Of a stretch of DNA of 64,000 nucleotides, positions 1 to 9,703 are shown one piece after another. The stretch covers positions 1 to 64,000 of the forward strand of contig CAWBKP010000007.1 in the NCBI GenBank assembly GCA_963789395.1, given 5' to 3'. The DNA is from an uncultured delta proteobacterium (GTDB lineage Bacteria > Desulfobacterota > Desulfobacteria > Desulfobacterales > Desulfatirhabdiaceae). The position numbers and the translations under genes are program-made. Under the pieces are notes generated by a model, which had not been told where the DNA came from, made no database searches, and saw nothing but the letters and a program-made list of their open reading frames with translations. The stretch's first letter is position 1. Every line of letters begins with the position of its first letter.

Positions 1-37
1 GTTCAACAATTAATGCATTCAGAAAGGAGGCTGCCAT

Positions 38-249
38 ATGAAGCCAGGAGCCAGAAATCAACTCACAGGTAAGGTGACGTCCATTAAAAGCGATGAAATC
101 ATGTCTCTGGTCAAATTCAGCGTCGCGCGGTTTCAAGGGAAATGGCGTCGGTGTTGACCACGGAATCAGTCAAGGACATGGACTTGAAGATCGGAGATGA
201 GGTGGAACTGGTGATCAAGGCTATTCACGTATTGCCTTTGAAGCGCTAA
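38..249 (+). CDS. TOBE/Mop-type molybdate-binding protein (frameshift near 125-140)
   Basis: RBS AGGAGG, then MKPGARNQLTGKVTSIKSDEIMSLVKF. After a frame change it reads MASVLTTESVKDMDLKIGDEVELVIKAIHVLPLKR*, the Mop pattern (xARNQL.G.V ... S.IT..S...L.L..G). Confidence 0.8.
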
Positions 250-386
250 ACGCCTGTTTGAGAACGAGGGGGTCGGCTTTCCCAAAATGCGACATTCCCC
301 ATTCAGAAGATTATCAAAATAATTCTACAAGATTCTCCCCTTTTTCATGAGAAGGAAGATATATCCAAAAGCCTAAGGGTGTTGGA

Positions 387-862
387 ATGCTGATTTATCG
401 CGGAGTGAGATACTTTCTTGCGGCTGTGTTCTCTGGTCCGGAATCACCAAACTGCTTGATCCGGTTTCTTTCGGTATCCTGATTGATGCGTATGGCCTGA
501 TTCCTAAAAGTTGGGTGATACCTGCGGCAATCCTGCTTTCATCCCTTGAAATCATCTCCGGTGCGGGTCTGATTCCGGATATCCACGGAAGCCTGGGAAT
601 TATAACCGGCATGATGATTCTGTTCATTGCCATTTTGTTCTTCGGCATTCACATGGGTCTGGATATCGACTGCGGCTGTTTTGGTCCCCAGGACCCCGAA
701 GCCAAAGCCTTTCATGGTCTTCGCACGGCGCTTTACAGAGATTTCGTGATGATGGCCGGTATTTTGTACCTGTATGCCTGGCGTTATTACCGATCCATTA
801 AACCGGAACGGTTGAAAGATTTATTCACCCGTTTCACCATACAAAAGGAGAGATTCGAATGA
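387..862 (+). CDS. MauE/DoxX family membrane protein (frameshift near 430)
   Basis: The N-terminus MLIYRGVRYFLAAVF joins WSGITKLLDPVSF and then ORF 515-862, which has hydrophobic helices and the GLDIDCGCFG motif of the MauE family. Confidence 0.8.
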
Positions 863-1386
863 AAAAAATGTTTGGAAATTTGCTGATCGGGATTTTGATT
901 CTGGGCGTGGCCCAGTTCGCCCATGCCTTTGGAAAAGACAAGTTCGAGGAAGAACTGGAAAAAGAACAGGGTGCGGTCAAACTGGTGCGGGAAGTCCAGC
1001 GAGGCGGTTACGACATTGTGACCACCGAGGAATTGAAGAAAATGATCGACGAGAAAAAGGATATTCTCATCATCGACACGATGCCCTTTGAAGATAGTTA
1101 TAAAAAAGAACACGTCCCCGGCGCCAAACAATTCCTGTTTCCGATTCCGGACATGCCCACCTGGGATAGCAAGGAAACAGGCGGCAAAACCACTGAGGAT
1201 TACAAGGCACTGCTTGGACCCGACACCGAGAAAACCATTGTGATTTACTGCGGTTTCGTCAAATGCACTCGCAGTCATAACGGCGCGGACTGGGCCAAGA
1301 AGCTTGGATACAAAAACGTGTATCGATACCCAGGCGGCATTTTTGCCTGGAAAGGCGCCAAATATTCGATAGAGGGCGTGGAATAA
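859..1386 (+). CDS. Exported rhodanese-like domain protein
   Basis: Signal peptide (AHA), IIDTMP...HVPGA, active-site loop YCGFVKCTRS and C-terminal YPGGIFAWK. Overlaps the MauE stop. Confidence 0.85.
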   Translation: MKKMFGNLLIGILILGVAQFAHAFGKDKFEEELEKEQGAVKLVREVQRGGYDIVTTEELKKMIDEKKDILIIDTMPFEDSYKKEHVPGAKQFLFPIPDMPTWDSKETGGKTTEDYKALLGPDTEKTIVIYCGFVKCTRSHNGADWAKKLGYKNVYRYPGGIFAWKGAKYSIEGVE

Positions 1387-1387
1387 G

Positions 1388-1465
1388 TCAGATAGCAGAT
1401 GACGGATGGCAGTAAAACGATTATTCGTGCCCCCTGTTCTCAGTCATCTGCCATCTGCCCTCTGA
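1388..1465. repeat. Inverted array of degenerate heptamers forming an imperfect hairpin
   Basis: Left arm CAGATAG-CAGATGA-CGGATGG-CAG; right arm CATCTGC-CATCTGC-CCTCTGA, approximately its reverse complement. Confidence 0.6.
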
Positions 1466-1482
1466 TATCGGAAACAAAGCTC

Positions 1483-2062
1483 ATGTACAAAGAAACAGAA
1501 AACAACGGAACATCGGCTGAAGAACTGCCGGCAATCATCCGTCAGCGGGCATACAACCTGATGTTCACCGGCAAGATGATGTGTTCCGAAGCCGTACTTT
1601 CAGTCCTGAACCAGGGGATAGGAGGCGGGCTGCCACCGGATCTTGCCATAAAAATGACAGCCGGACTTGCCGAAGGCATCGGTGGATCGGGATGCACCTG
1701 CGGGGCACTGACCGGGGGCGTGATATCCCTGGGTCTTTTTCTCTCCGACAGCGCTTCTAAACCGGCTGGCCACAGTAAAGTCATGGCAGCATCCGGCCGG
1801 TTGCATCATGATTTCAAGCTTCGCTTTGGTTCAACCTGTTGCCGGGTGCTGCTAAAAAATAGGAGTACCGAAATCCGAACCACGTTTTGAAGCCTGCTGC
1901 AATCGCGGCGGCTGGGCCGCAGAACAAGCGGCCCGCATAATTCTGGCGGAAAGGCCGGAGCTGTCCCCTTTGGCAAATCAGCCATTTTTACGAAGGAAGG
2001 ATTCCCGCATTGTGGTAGTCTCAAAAGATATTTCCAGCTTTTTTAGCGCTGATTTCTCCTAA
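1483..2062 (+). CDS. C_GCAxxG_C_C family redox-active protein (frameshift in A-run near 1857)
   Basis: Motifs CSEAV, CTCGALTGG and FGSTCCRVL. A shifted frame continues FEACCNRGGWAAEQAARII to TAA at 2062. Confidence 0.8.
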
Positions 2063-2178
2063 AACTCCAGGAAATGCCGGCAGACGATAACCGCATCACC
2101 TCCACACCCCACAATTTAGTTCCTCCCTGTTTCGTGTGGCAATCATTTACGAAGAAGCGGCCTCATGCTTATGTTATC

Positions 2179-2992
2179 GTGCGACACGAAGTCGCATAGT
2201 TGAGTGTATTAAGTAAGAATACCCGGCATGTTCCTGCCGGACCCTACGCAGGCGTGCTACCGTTGCGATGATGATGGGGTGCGAAGCCCTGCGGAAATGT
2301 TACCGAATTGGGTTTGAACGGTGACGGGAGAACCCCTCCGGAAATCCTCCCCGGTTAAGGAATAGGGTCGGATGATATGGTGAACACATGTGAATGCCCG
2401 TAAGCGTCGTCAAATAGCGACCGACCTACGAGGATTAACAAGACGCAATACCAGGTCGAAGGCTGCTCCCCTGTGTGAGTGGCAAGTGGTCAGGTTGCAG
2501 GTCTGATAACTGCCTGCATGGAACCGTGGTACCACCGGCGTAGAGGGTGCACCTAAATCATCCATAGGATCAACTGTGTGGAACGTGGAAACCCAGTTCC
2601 GTTGCCTCTCGGGGCAGGCTAACCGCAAGGCATGCTGATGGCGGGCTGGAATAGGATGCTGAAAGAAGCAAATGCCTGACTGTAATGGCCGGGATATCTC
2701 GCCAAGTGCGGGACTCCGTAAGGAGGCAAACGTTCAGCGGGTCTCTGGTCACGTAAACGTTGATTGAATCAGATGAAAGCAGAGAAAGCAAATGACATCC
2801 ACTTTCGGGTGAGATGGTGCGCTCTGCATGCCATTGGCTACTCTGATAATCCGACAAGTAACGTGAAGTAAATTTAATTTGCGGGAATCCCCACAAGGGA
2901 AACCTAAACAGAGGCTTGAGCGGTGTGACGGGAAACTGTCACGCACCGTTCTTAGGGGGCTTGGGGATGGAGACATCCCCCGGCTACCCGAC
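2179..2992 (+). mobile_element. Group II intron ribozyme (IIB-like) with no intron-encoded protein
   Basis: 5' GTGCG at 2179. The 34-nt domain V GAGCGGTGTGACGGGAAACTGTCACGCACCGTTC (2918-2951) has the AGC triad, GAAA loop and AC bulge. Domain VI ends CTACCCGAC with bulged A2986. EBS1 GATAAC (2505-2510) complements exon GTTATC (2173-2178). No RT ORF is present. Confidence 0.93.
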
Positions 2993-3543
2993 CTATCCTC
3001 AAGAAATGGATAGCTCGAAAATATTAACGATACCGAAAGAATGCATAAGCCGACGTCGCCATAAAATTCGACAATATGGTAAGCTCAAAGTCAACTTCAA
3101 CCAGAAAATTACTTTCAAGTAACGCCAAGCGAAAACTCGTCAACCCTGATTTCGTTTATTGACCATGCCGCAGAATCCTATCCCTTGTAATTAATTTTGG
3201 TTGTCCAGCCTGGTGTCCCCACTCCACCAAGGGATTTTCATCGAGGTGTTTGTTTATTGAAGACCTAACCACCGTAGTCTTAATCTGCCCAATTTGTTCA
3301 GCCCTTTCTATGGTGATGTGCTGCAAAGAAACTTTTCAGATGGCATATTTGCTTAAAATTGCACAATAATATTTTATGAGCTATTAAAGACCAGTTTGAA
3401 TTTAGAGCCGTTTCATTCAATTTCATCAAAAACGGCTTCGTATATGGTTTTTCAGGCCCCTGGTATTGCCGGAGGCAAGAGGAGGCCTGTCCGATCAGAC
3501 AGATCACCGTAATCAGCATGATGGGCCTGAACAACGGAAAATG

Positions 3544-4660
3544 CTAAGAATCGATGCGATTGCCGCGATCGTCAAAAAGATGCAGGTAGTCTGCAGTCAA
3601 GCGCAAGATTCAGGTTGTCGCCAGTCGGCTCCTCGCTGGTTCTGACGACAATCTGGCCCTGCGGGTGGAAAGAATAAACCAGAAACTCCGGCCCGATGTT
3701 TTCAATGACGTTGACAGGCAGGCAAAGGTCTTTCCGGTCTTCATCTGAAATCATAAGCCTTTCCGGTCTGATGCCGATGGTTATCTGCCTGATATTTTTC
3801 TGCATGAGCGCGGCGGCGGTTTTTGCAGGCAATCTTATCCTGAGCTGGTCAGCCTGCAGGAAAAGCTGGTCATTTTCTTCAACGATATCCCCTTTCAGCA
3901 GATTCATGGTCGGTGATCCGATGAATTGGGCAACGAACTGATTAACCGGCTTGCGGTATATTTCGACGGGAGTTCCGACCTGCTGAATGACGCCGTTGTT
4001 CAGAACCGCAATTCTGTGACCCAGCGTCATGGCTTCCAGCTGGTCATGCGTCACATAAACGGTGGTGACCCCGAGTTTTTTCTGAAGATCCTTGAGATGC
4101 GCCCGCATTTCGCTGCGCAGCTTGGCATCCAGGTTACTGAGGGGTTCATCCATCAGACAAACCCTGGGGTTGCGCACGATGGCGCGTCCGATGGCAACCC
4201 GCTGACGCTGCCCGCCGGATAGCGCTGAAGGCTTGCGGTCGAGCAGATGGTCGATCTGCAGCATGCCGGCAACTTCTTTCACTTTCCCGGCGATTTCTTC
4301 ATACGTGGGAACTTTGGGTAGATTCGTCAGCGGAAACGCGATATTCTGTGCGACCGTCATGTGCGGATAAAGCGCATAACTTTGAAACACCATGGAAATA
4401 TCGCGCTCAAACGGGCTATAGAACCTTCCGGCCGCATCGGCGATCAGTTCATGGTCGAAAAACAGCTCGCCGCTGCCGGGCTTCTCAAGTCCGGCGATCA
4501 GATTCAGCAGGGTACTCTTGCCGCAACCCGAAGGCCCGAGCAGCACAAAGAACTCTCCCGGCGCTATTTCGAGATCGATGCTTTTCAGAACATCGATGCG
4601 GCCACGCAAGGTGAAAAAACTTTTGGAAAGATTTTTAAGTGTAATGCCGGTGGCGTTCAT
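3544..4660 (-). CDS. malK: Sugar ABC transporter ATP-binding protein, MalK family (frameshift near C-terminus)
   Basis: Walker A GPSGCGKST, VFQSYALYPHM, LSGGQRQRVAIGRA, DEPLSNLDAKLR and VTHDQ. An alternative frame gives the typical YLHLFDDRGNRIDS* end. Confidence 0.92.
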
Positions 4661-4682
4661 CGACGGTTTCCCTCCAGATAGA

Positions 4683-5510
4683 TCACTTGAGTGCTCCGCC
4701 CATGAGCCCCTGAACAATGTAGCGCTGAAAAATCAGCGTCAGGATTACCAGCGGCACGGAAGCGATCGCTGAGGCCGCCATGAGGTTTCCCCAGGGCATT
4801 TCGCCGTGAAGACCCTGAAACAGGGCGATACCTACCGGCAGGGTCTGTGCGGTATAATCAGTGGTCAGCATGATGGCAAAGAGGAATTCATTGAAACAGG
4901 CGATAAAGACCAGCAGGGCAGATGAGAAAATGCCCGGCAGCGCCACCGGGAAAATGATTTTGCATAGCACCTTCATCCGCCCGGCACCATCCACAAGTGC
5001 CGCCTTGTCGAGCTCCAGCGGAATCTGGGAGAAATAGCTGAGATTGATCCATAACGCGATGGGAACCGTCCAGGCGATATAGGGCAGAATCAGCGCCAGG
5101 TGGTGATTTATCAGGCCAGCCTGCGCAAACATATCAAACAGAAACCCGACGATACTGATTTGCGGGAACATCGACACGGCAAGAATCAGCATGGGGAGGA
5201 AAGCGCGGCCCGGAAAGCGCATGCGCGAAACCGCATAAGCAGCCATGCTTGAAAAAAAGGTCACAACAACGGTTGTGATGCTTGAAATCAGAAGACTGTT
5301 TTTGAAGTAGTCCAAAAAATGCAGGGACGGCCAGGTGAGCACCTGAAAATAATTTCTCAGTGAATATTCTGCGTTTCCGGTGATCAGGAAGTCAGCCCGG
5401 TCGGCCAGGGAGATCCACAGCATCCAGATGAAGGGGCCCAGCGTGAAAACAATCAGAAACACGCTCATGGCAAAAATCAGGCAGTTTTTTATCAAGGCTT
5501 CCCGGCTCAT
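4683..5510 (-). CDS. malG: Carbohydrate ABC transporter permease (MalG type)
   Basis: Multiple TM segments, EAA-like loop ELDKAALVDGA and C-terminal QRYIVQGLMGGALK. Confidence 0.9.
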   Translation of the reverse strand: MSREALIKNCLIFAMSVFLIVFTLGPFIWMLWISLADRADFLITGNAEYSLRNYFQVLTWPSLHFLDYFKNSLLISSITTVVVTFFSSMAAYAVSRMRFPGRAFLPMLILAVSMFPQISIVGFLFDMFAQAGLINHHLALILPYIAWTVPIALWINLSYFSQIPLELDKAALVDGAGRMKVLCKIIFPVALPGIFSSALLVFIACFNEFLFAIMLTTDYTAQTLPVGIALFQGLHGEMPWGNLMAASAIASVPLVILTLIFQRYIVQGLMGGALK

Positions 5511-6406
5511 TTCAATTGCTCCGAAAACTTTCCGGCTCTCAGGTAAATCAGCGTTACAGCCAGTGACAGCATAAAGGTGACCACAGAAACGGTTGAACCC
5601 CGACCGAAGCTGTCGTTGGCGAAAGCCTCAAAACCAAGATAGGAAAGGGTTCTGGTCGAACCCCCGGGCCCGCCGCCTGTGAGCACATAGACCAGATCAA
5701 ACATTCGCAGAGAATCGATGGTTCTGAAAATCAGGGCGATCACCAGAACCGGTTTGAGCATCGGCAGGGTGATCTTGGAAAGGCGCCGGATCAGGCCGGC
5801 GCCATCCACCTTTGCCTGCTGATAGAGGTCTTCCGGAATGGCCTGCAGACCGGCGAGCAGAATCAAGACCACGAATGGCGTCGTTTTCCATACATCGGCA
5901 AACACCAGCGCCCAGAAAGCGCCGAAGCCGGTGCCCATCCAGTTGATTCGCTCCGGTGCAATCCCCAGATTGACCACCAGAAAGTTCATGACCCCGTAAG
6001 TGTATTCATAGATCAGCTGCCAGGTGCGGGCTGAGACAATCGTGGGAATGGCCCAGGGGATCAGCACGACGACCCGAAGAAAGTTCCTTCCGGGAAAAGC
6101 TTCGTTTAGAAGGAGCGCAAAGATGATCCCGAGAACCGCTTCAAGAAAAACAGCGGCCATGGCATAGGCAAGCGTAAAGCGCAATGTATGCCAAAAGTCG
6201 GCAGAACTCAGCAATTGGCTGTAGTTTTTAATCCCTATGAATTGCTTCGGCAGAAACGAGACATCCAGAAAAAAACTGTTGTAAACCGTACCGATAACCG
6301 GCAACAGAATGAAAACGGCGACAATAATCAGAAGCGGCGCCAGAAAGAGTCCGGCAGTGCGCACTTCTTTCTTTTCATAGCGCTGCAAAAACTTATTGAA
6401 TGCCAT
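5507..6406 (-). CDS. malF: Carbohydrate ABC transporter permease (MalF type)
   Basis: LIPWAIP, DVWKTTPF, LAGLQAIPEDLYQQAKVDGA and LTGGGPG. Confidence 0.9.
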   Translation of the reverse strand: MAFNKFLQRYEKKEVRTAGLFLAPLLIIVAVFILLPVIGTVYNSFFLDVSFLPKQFIGIKNYSQLLSSADFWHTLRFTLAYAMAAVFLEAVLGIIFALLLNEAFPGRNFLRVVVLIPWAIPTIVSARTWQLIYEYTYGVMNFLVVNLGIAPERINWMGTGFGAFWALVFADVWKTTPFVVLILLAGLQAIPEDLYQQAKVDGAGLIRRLSKITLPMLKPVLVIALIFRTIDSLRMFDLVYVLTGGGPGGSTRTLSYLGFEAFANDSFGRGSTVSVVTFMLSLAVTLIYLRAGKFSEQLK

Positions 6407-7755
6407 AATCCTTTATCAACTCCAGCACTTGGGATTGCGCCGTTTTGAGCGCTTCTTCCGGTGAGACGCGACCGGCAATCGCCGCATTGATATGCTTTTG
6501 AAGAATTTGCGAAACACCCGAATAGCAGGAAATCATCGGCCTTGGCACCGCGCCCTGAAAAACCTGCTTCAGATCCCGCAGCGCCGGGTTTGCCCGAAGC
6601 AGTTCAGGATCATCATAGACGTCGGTTCTGCCCGGATTCCAGCCCAGTTTTAAAGATAGTTTTTTCTGTACGGAAGCGGAAGTCAGATATTGAATCAAAG
6701 CCGCGCCTTCCGGTTTCATGTCCGAGAATTTTGACATGACAATGTGCCAGCCGCCAAGTGTCGAGGCCCCATTTCCAGGCAGGAAGCCGGGCAGCGGCGC
6801 CATTCCGACCCTGCCTTTTATCGGAGAGCCTGCTGCGTTATGCAGTCCCCAGGCATAGGTCCAGTTGCGTTCAAACAGCGCATTTCCGTTCTGGAAGAAG
6901 CGCCTGACTTCTTCTTCTTTCATGTCGGTAAACGTGTTGGGCGGGGATATGGGATTCTGGTGCAGCAATCCGTGCATGAACCGGAGTGCTTCGATATTGG
7001 CTTTTTGATCTATCACTGGCGTAGCGGTGCCGGAAAAAAGCCCGCCGCCGGCAGAAACGAAGAATTCCAAGGCATTGCAAGTCAGCCCCTCGTATTGCGC
7101 CCCCTGCCACACATAACCCCAGAAATTCGGGTTACTGCCTCGTTCCGCCGGCATAATTTTCTCAGCCATCCGTCTTAGCTCCGCCCAGGTTTCCGGCGGG
7201 ATGATGGTAGCCGTGGGCGGCAAGCAGATCCTTGCGATAATAAAGGAGCCCGCCGTCTATGTACAATGGCAGCCCGATCAGCCTGTTTTCGTAAGTGTCT
7301 GCAAGATCGATAATTCCGGCAAAAAAAGCCTTTTTCTCGATGCCATATTTTTCAAGGGGTGCAAGCCAGCCTGAGGCCGCTATCTGAGCAATCCAGCCGA
7401 CATCCACCAGCATGACATCAGGGTCTGGCTGCTGCCCGCGAAGCGCCAGCAGAATCCCCTGTTTACGCTGCGCCGAGTCGGTTGTTTGCCGGATCAGCGT
7501 AACCGGGATACCGCTTTCAGCAGTAAAAGACGCCAGTATTTCCTCAAAAAAAGCGATCTCGTTGGGAGCGCCGCCGACCATAAACGATAGCCCGGGCCGC
7601 CTGGAACAACCAGAAAAAACAACCAGCAAGCCGGCAAGGAAAAACACAACGACAAACGCCAATATTCTCTTCTTTATAGATACATCATGCCTCTTTTTGG
7701 AAATTGGATAACAGCTATTTTTTCTGACATCCTCCAGCTTCATAGGATCCTGCAT
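6393..7755 (-). CDS. malE: Trehalose/maltose-type ABC substrate-binding lipoprotein (frameshift near 7200; start uncertain)
   Basis: Lipobox FSGC. Two ORFs join at the frameshift. Motifs QYEGLTC, FERNWTYAWGLHN, TLGGWHI and LGWNPGRTDVYDDP resemble archaeal trehalose/maltose-binding protein as I recall it. Confidence 0.8.
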
Positions 7756-8022
7756 GGGTCATGCCGTCATATAGTTACGCACAATTCATTCGTTCGGCAA
7801 AACATTTTCGCAAAAATCTGCGGCTGGACCGCGTCCCGTTTCTCCGGTCACCATGACGTTTTAGGCTCTCTTTAAAAAAACCGATACCCAGAGAAATTTT
7901 AGCGGGTCAGGCATTAAAGAAGAACGGATTTCCCGGCCCGACAGCGCTTCATTTATTGACGTTCCATTGAACCAAAAATATGAATTGACCCGCTTAAATT
8001 ACGGCTTTCCAGTTTCCTGTTC

Positions 8023-8051
8023 GTATAACATGCAGTTGGATTCCTTGTCAA
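8023..8051 (-). promoter_or_regulatory. Putative sigma70 promoter for the sugar ABC operon
   Basis: Minus strand reads TTGACA-17 nt-TTATAC upstream of the binding-protein gene. Confidence 0.4.
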
Positions 8052-8118
8052 AGATACGCTGAATTTCGAGGATATCTTAATTATTGACTAAATCCAGAAC
8101 TTTTGTTTTTTATTAACC

Positions 8119-8280
8119 ATTACACGGACAGCACAGTCAGTTGCGTCTGGAATCCGGCATTATGTCACCCAGTGGGGAAACAAAGAATGGATTAAACTTG
8201 GCTATTGGTGAAGCGCACAAAACGATACACCCGGCAGATTAATTTTCGTGAAGGTTGGCAAGGCCAATTACGGCAGGAGT
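8119..8280 (+). pseudogene. Degenerate REP-associated tyrosine transposase (RAYT/IS200-like TnpA) remnant
   Basis: Reads AQSVASGIRHYVTQWGN (cf. ARxVxPGxPHHVTQRGN), then directly LNLAIGEAHK / RYTRQINFREGWQGQLRQ (cf. AIGEAHRRYTRxINFREGWRGHLWQGR). The HUH segment is deleted and the start codon is lost. Confidence 0.7.
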
Positions 8281-8598
8281 CGAAGGCCATTGACCCCGAC
8301 GCAGCCATCACCAGAATTACCCACGGAAATTGTCACGCCATTGTATCGCCACAACATCGCAGATTTTTCTCAGATAACCCTCTGGCATAGATAGGTTTTA
8401 ATACCGTATTGTATTTTGGACACGATTTCAACCGGAGTTCCGGGTCTGTATGCATATGTGGCAGCGTACCTCGGAAGATCACAGCTTTGATCAAATGTTT
8501 TGACGACCACTGCTCGGATCGACTATTGTTAAAGATACCAGACATAAGCATGAATATAAAATCAGAAAAATACTTTTAAACAATGCAATTATTTTAAA

Positions 8599-9585
8599 AT
8601 GTTATCTATCCGAAACAGTGATGAGCCTGTAATTATGAATACTTATAAAGTTGGGTTGGTGCTAGGAAGCGGAGCCTCTCGTGGTTGGGCACATATCGGT
8701 GTCATCGAGGCCCTTCAGGATGCGGGTATCCCGATTCATCTTGTGGCAGGGTGCAGCGTGGGTGCCCTTATAGGCGCGATCTTTGCTAGTGGCGGCCTGG
8801 AGCAGTTGAAAAAGTTTGTAATTGACATGGACGGTGAAAGCATATTCTCGTTTTCAGACTTGAGCTTTATCAGATCAGGACTCTTAGACGGCGATAAAAA
8901 GCTTAAAGAACTCTTCTGCATGCATAGCGATAAAAAAGATTTTGAGGAATTGGGGATTCCTTTGAAAGTTGTTGCTGCGGACATGCATAGCGGCGACCAG
9001 GTTATTTTAGATTCCGGAGACCTGCTCAAAGCGCTTCGAGCGTCCATGTCTTATCCGGGTCTTTTTGCACCGGTATTCCACAAGAGACGATGGTTAGTAG
9101 ATGGCGGGCTGGTTGACCCGGTTCCAGTGGGGGTTGCCAGGGCTATGGGTGCTGATATTGTGATTGCCGTTAATCTGGATTCTGAATTGATATCACGTAA
9201 GCGCCACCAGAAAACTGAGGATGATCCAGAAATAAAACCCCCACTGGTTCGAAACGACTTTTTAAAAAATCTAACGGCCCGATATGAGGCCGCGGAAAAA
9301 ATAATCCGGAACCGCCTGGAACTTCAGAAAAAAAGGGAAGCAACAACGCCCGGGACTTGGCAGGTTATCAACGCCTCAATACAAATCATGCAGGATCGAG
9401 TCACACGGGTTAATCTTGCGGTTAACCCACCGAATATTTTAGTTACACCCCGCCTGGGCGACCTCAAACTACTGGAATATGATCAAGTTGAGCATGCAAT
9501 CGAAGAAGGATATATTGCTACCCAAAACAAGATCAACGACATAAGAATGCTTCTGGATGCACAAAACGCCTTGAAAGCATTTTGA
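8599..9585 (+). CDS. Patatin-like phospholipase (RssA/NTE family)
   Basis: LGSGASRGWAHIGV, nucleophile elbow GCSVG and catalytic DGG (LVDGGLVDPVP). Confidence 0.9.
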   Translation: MLSIRNSDEPVIMNTYKVGLVLGSGASRGWAHIGVIEALQDAGIPIHLVAGCSVGALIGAIFASGGLEQLKKFVIDMDGESIFSFSDLSFIRSGLLDGDKKLKELFCMHSDKKDFEELGIPLKVVAADMHSGDQVILDSGDLLKALRASMSYPGLFAPVFHKRRWLVDGGLVDPVPVGVARAMGADIVIAVNLDSELISRKRHQKTEDDPEIKPPLVRNDFLKNLTARYEAAEKIIRNRLELQKKREATTPGTWQVINASIQIMQDRVTRVNLAVNPPNILVTPRLGDLKLLEYDQVEHAIEEGYIATQNKINDIRMLLDAQNALKAF

Positions 9586-9703
9586 GTTAGTAAAAAATGA
9601 GAAAATCGTTTCAATCGGCAAAATCATGACGTAAGAATTTTATGTTATAACCCCCGGGGACATCCATCAATTATAACGTTCTGTTGCCCAGGCATAAATC
9701 GAT

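Noticed and set aside
2086..2178. GATAAC...GTTATC inverted pair before the intron as an attC target
   Set aside because: No L boxes or extended palindrome. The intron has IIB-like EBS1/EBS2 pairing rather than IIC-attC features.
2410..3122. Short ORFs overlapping the intron
   Set aside because: Translations of structured RNA; no RT motifs such as YADD.
3298..3534. 78-aa minus-strand ORF
   Set aside because: No recognisable motif, in AT-rich intergenic sequence.
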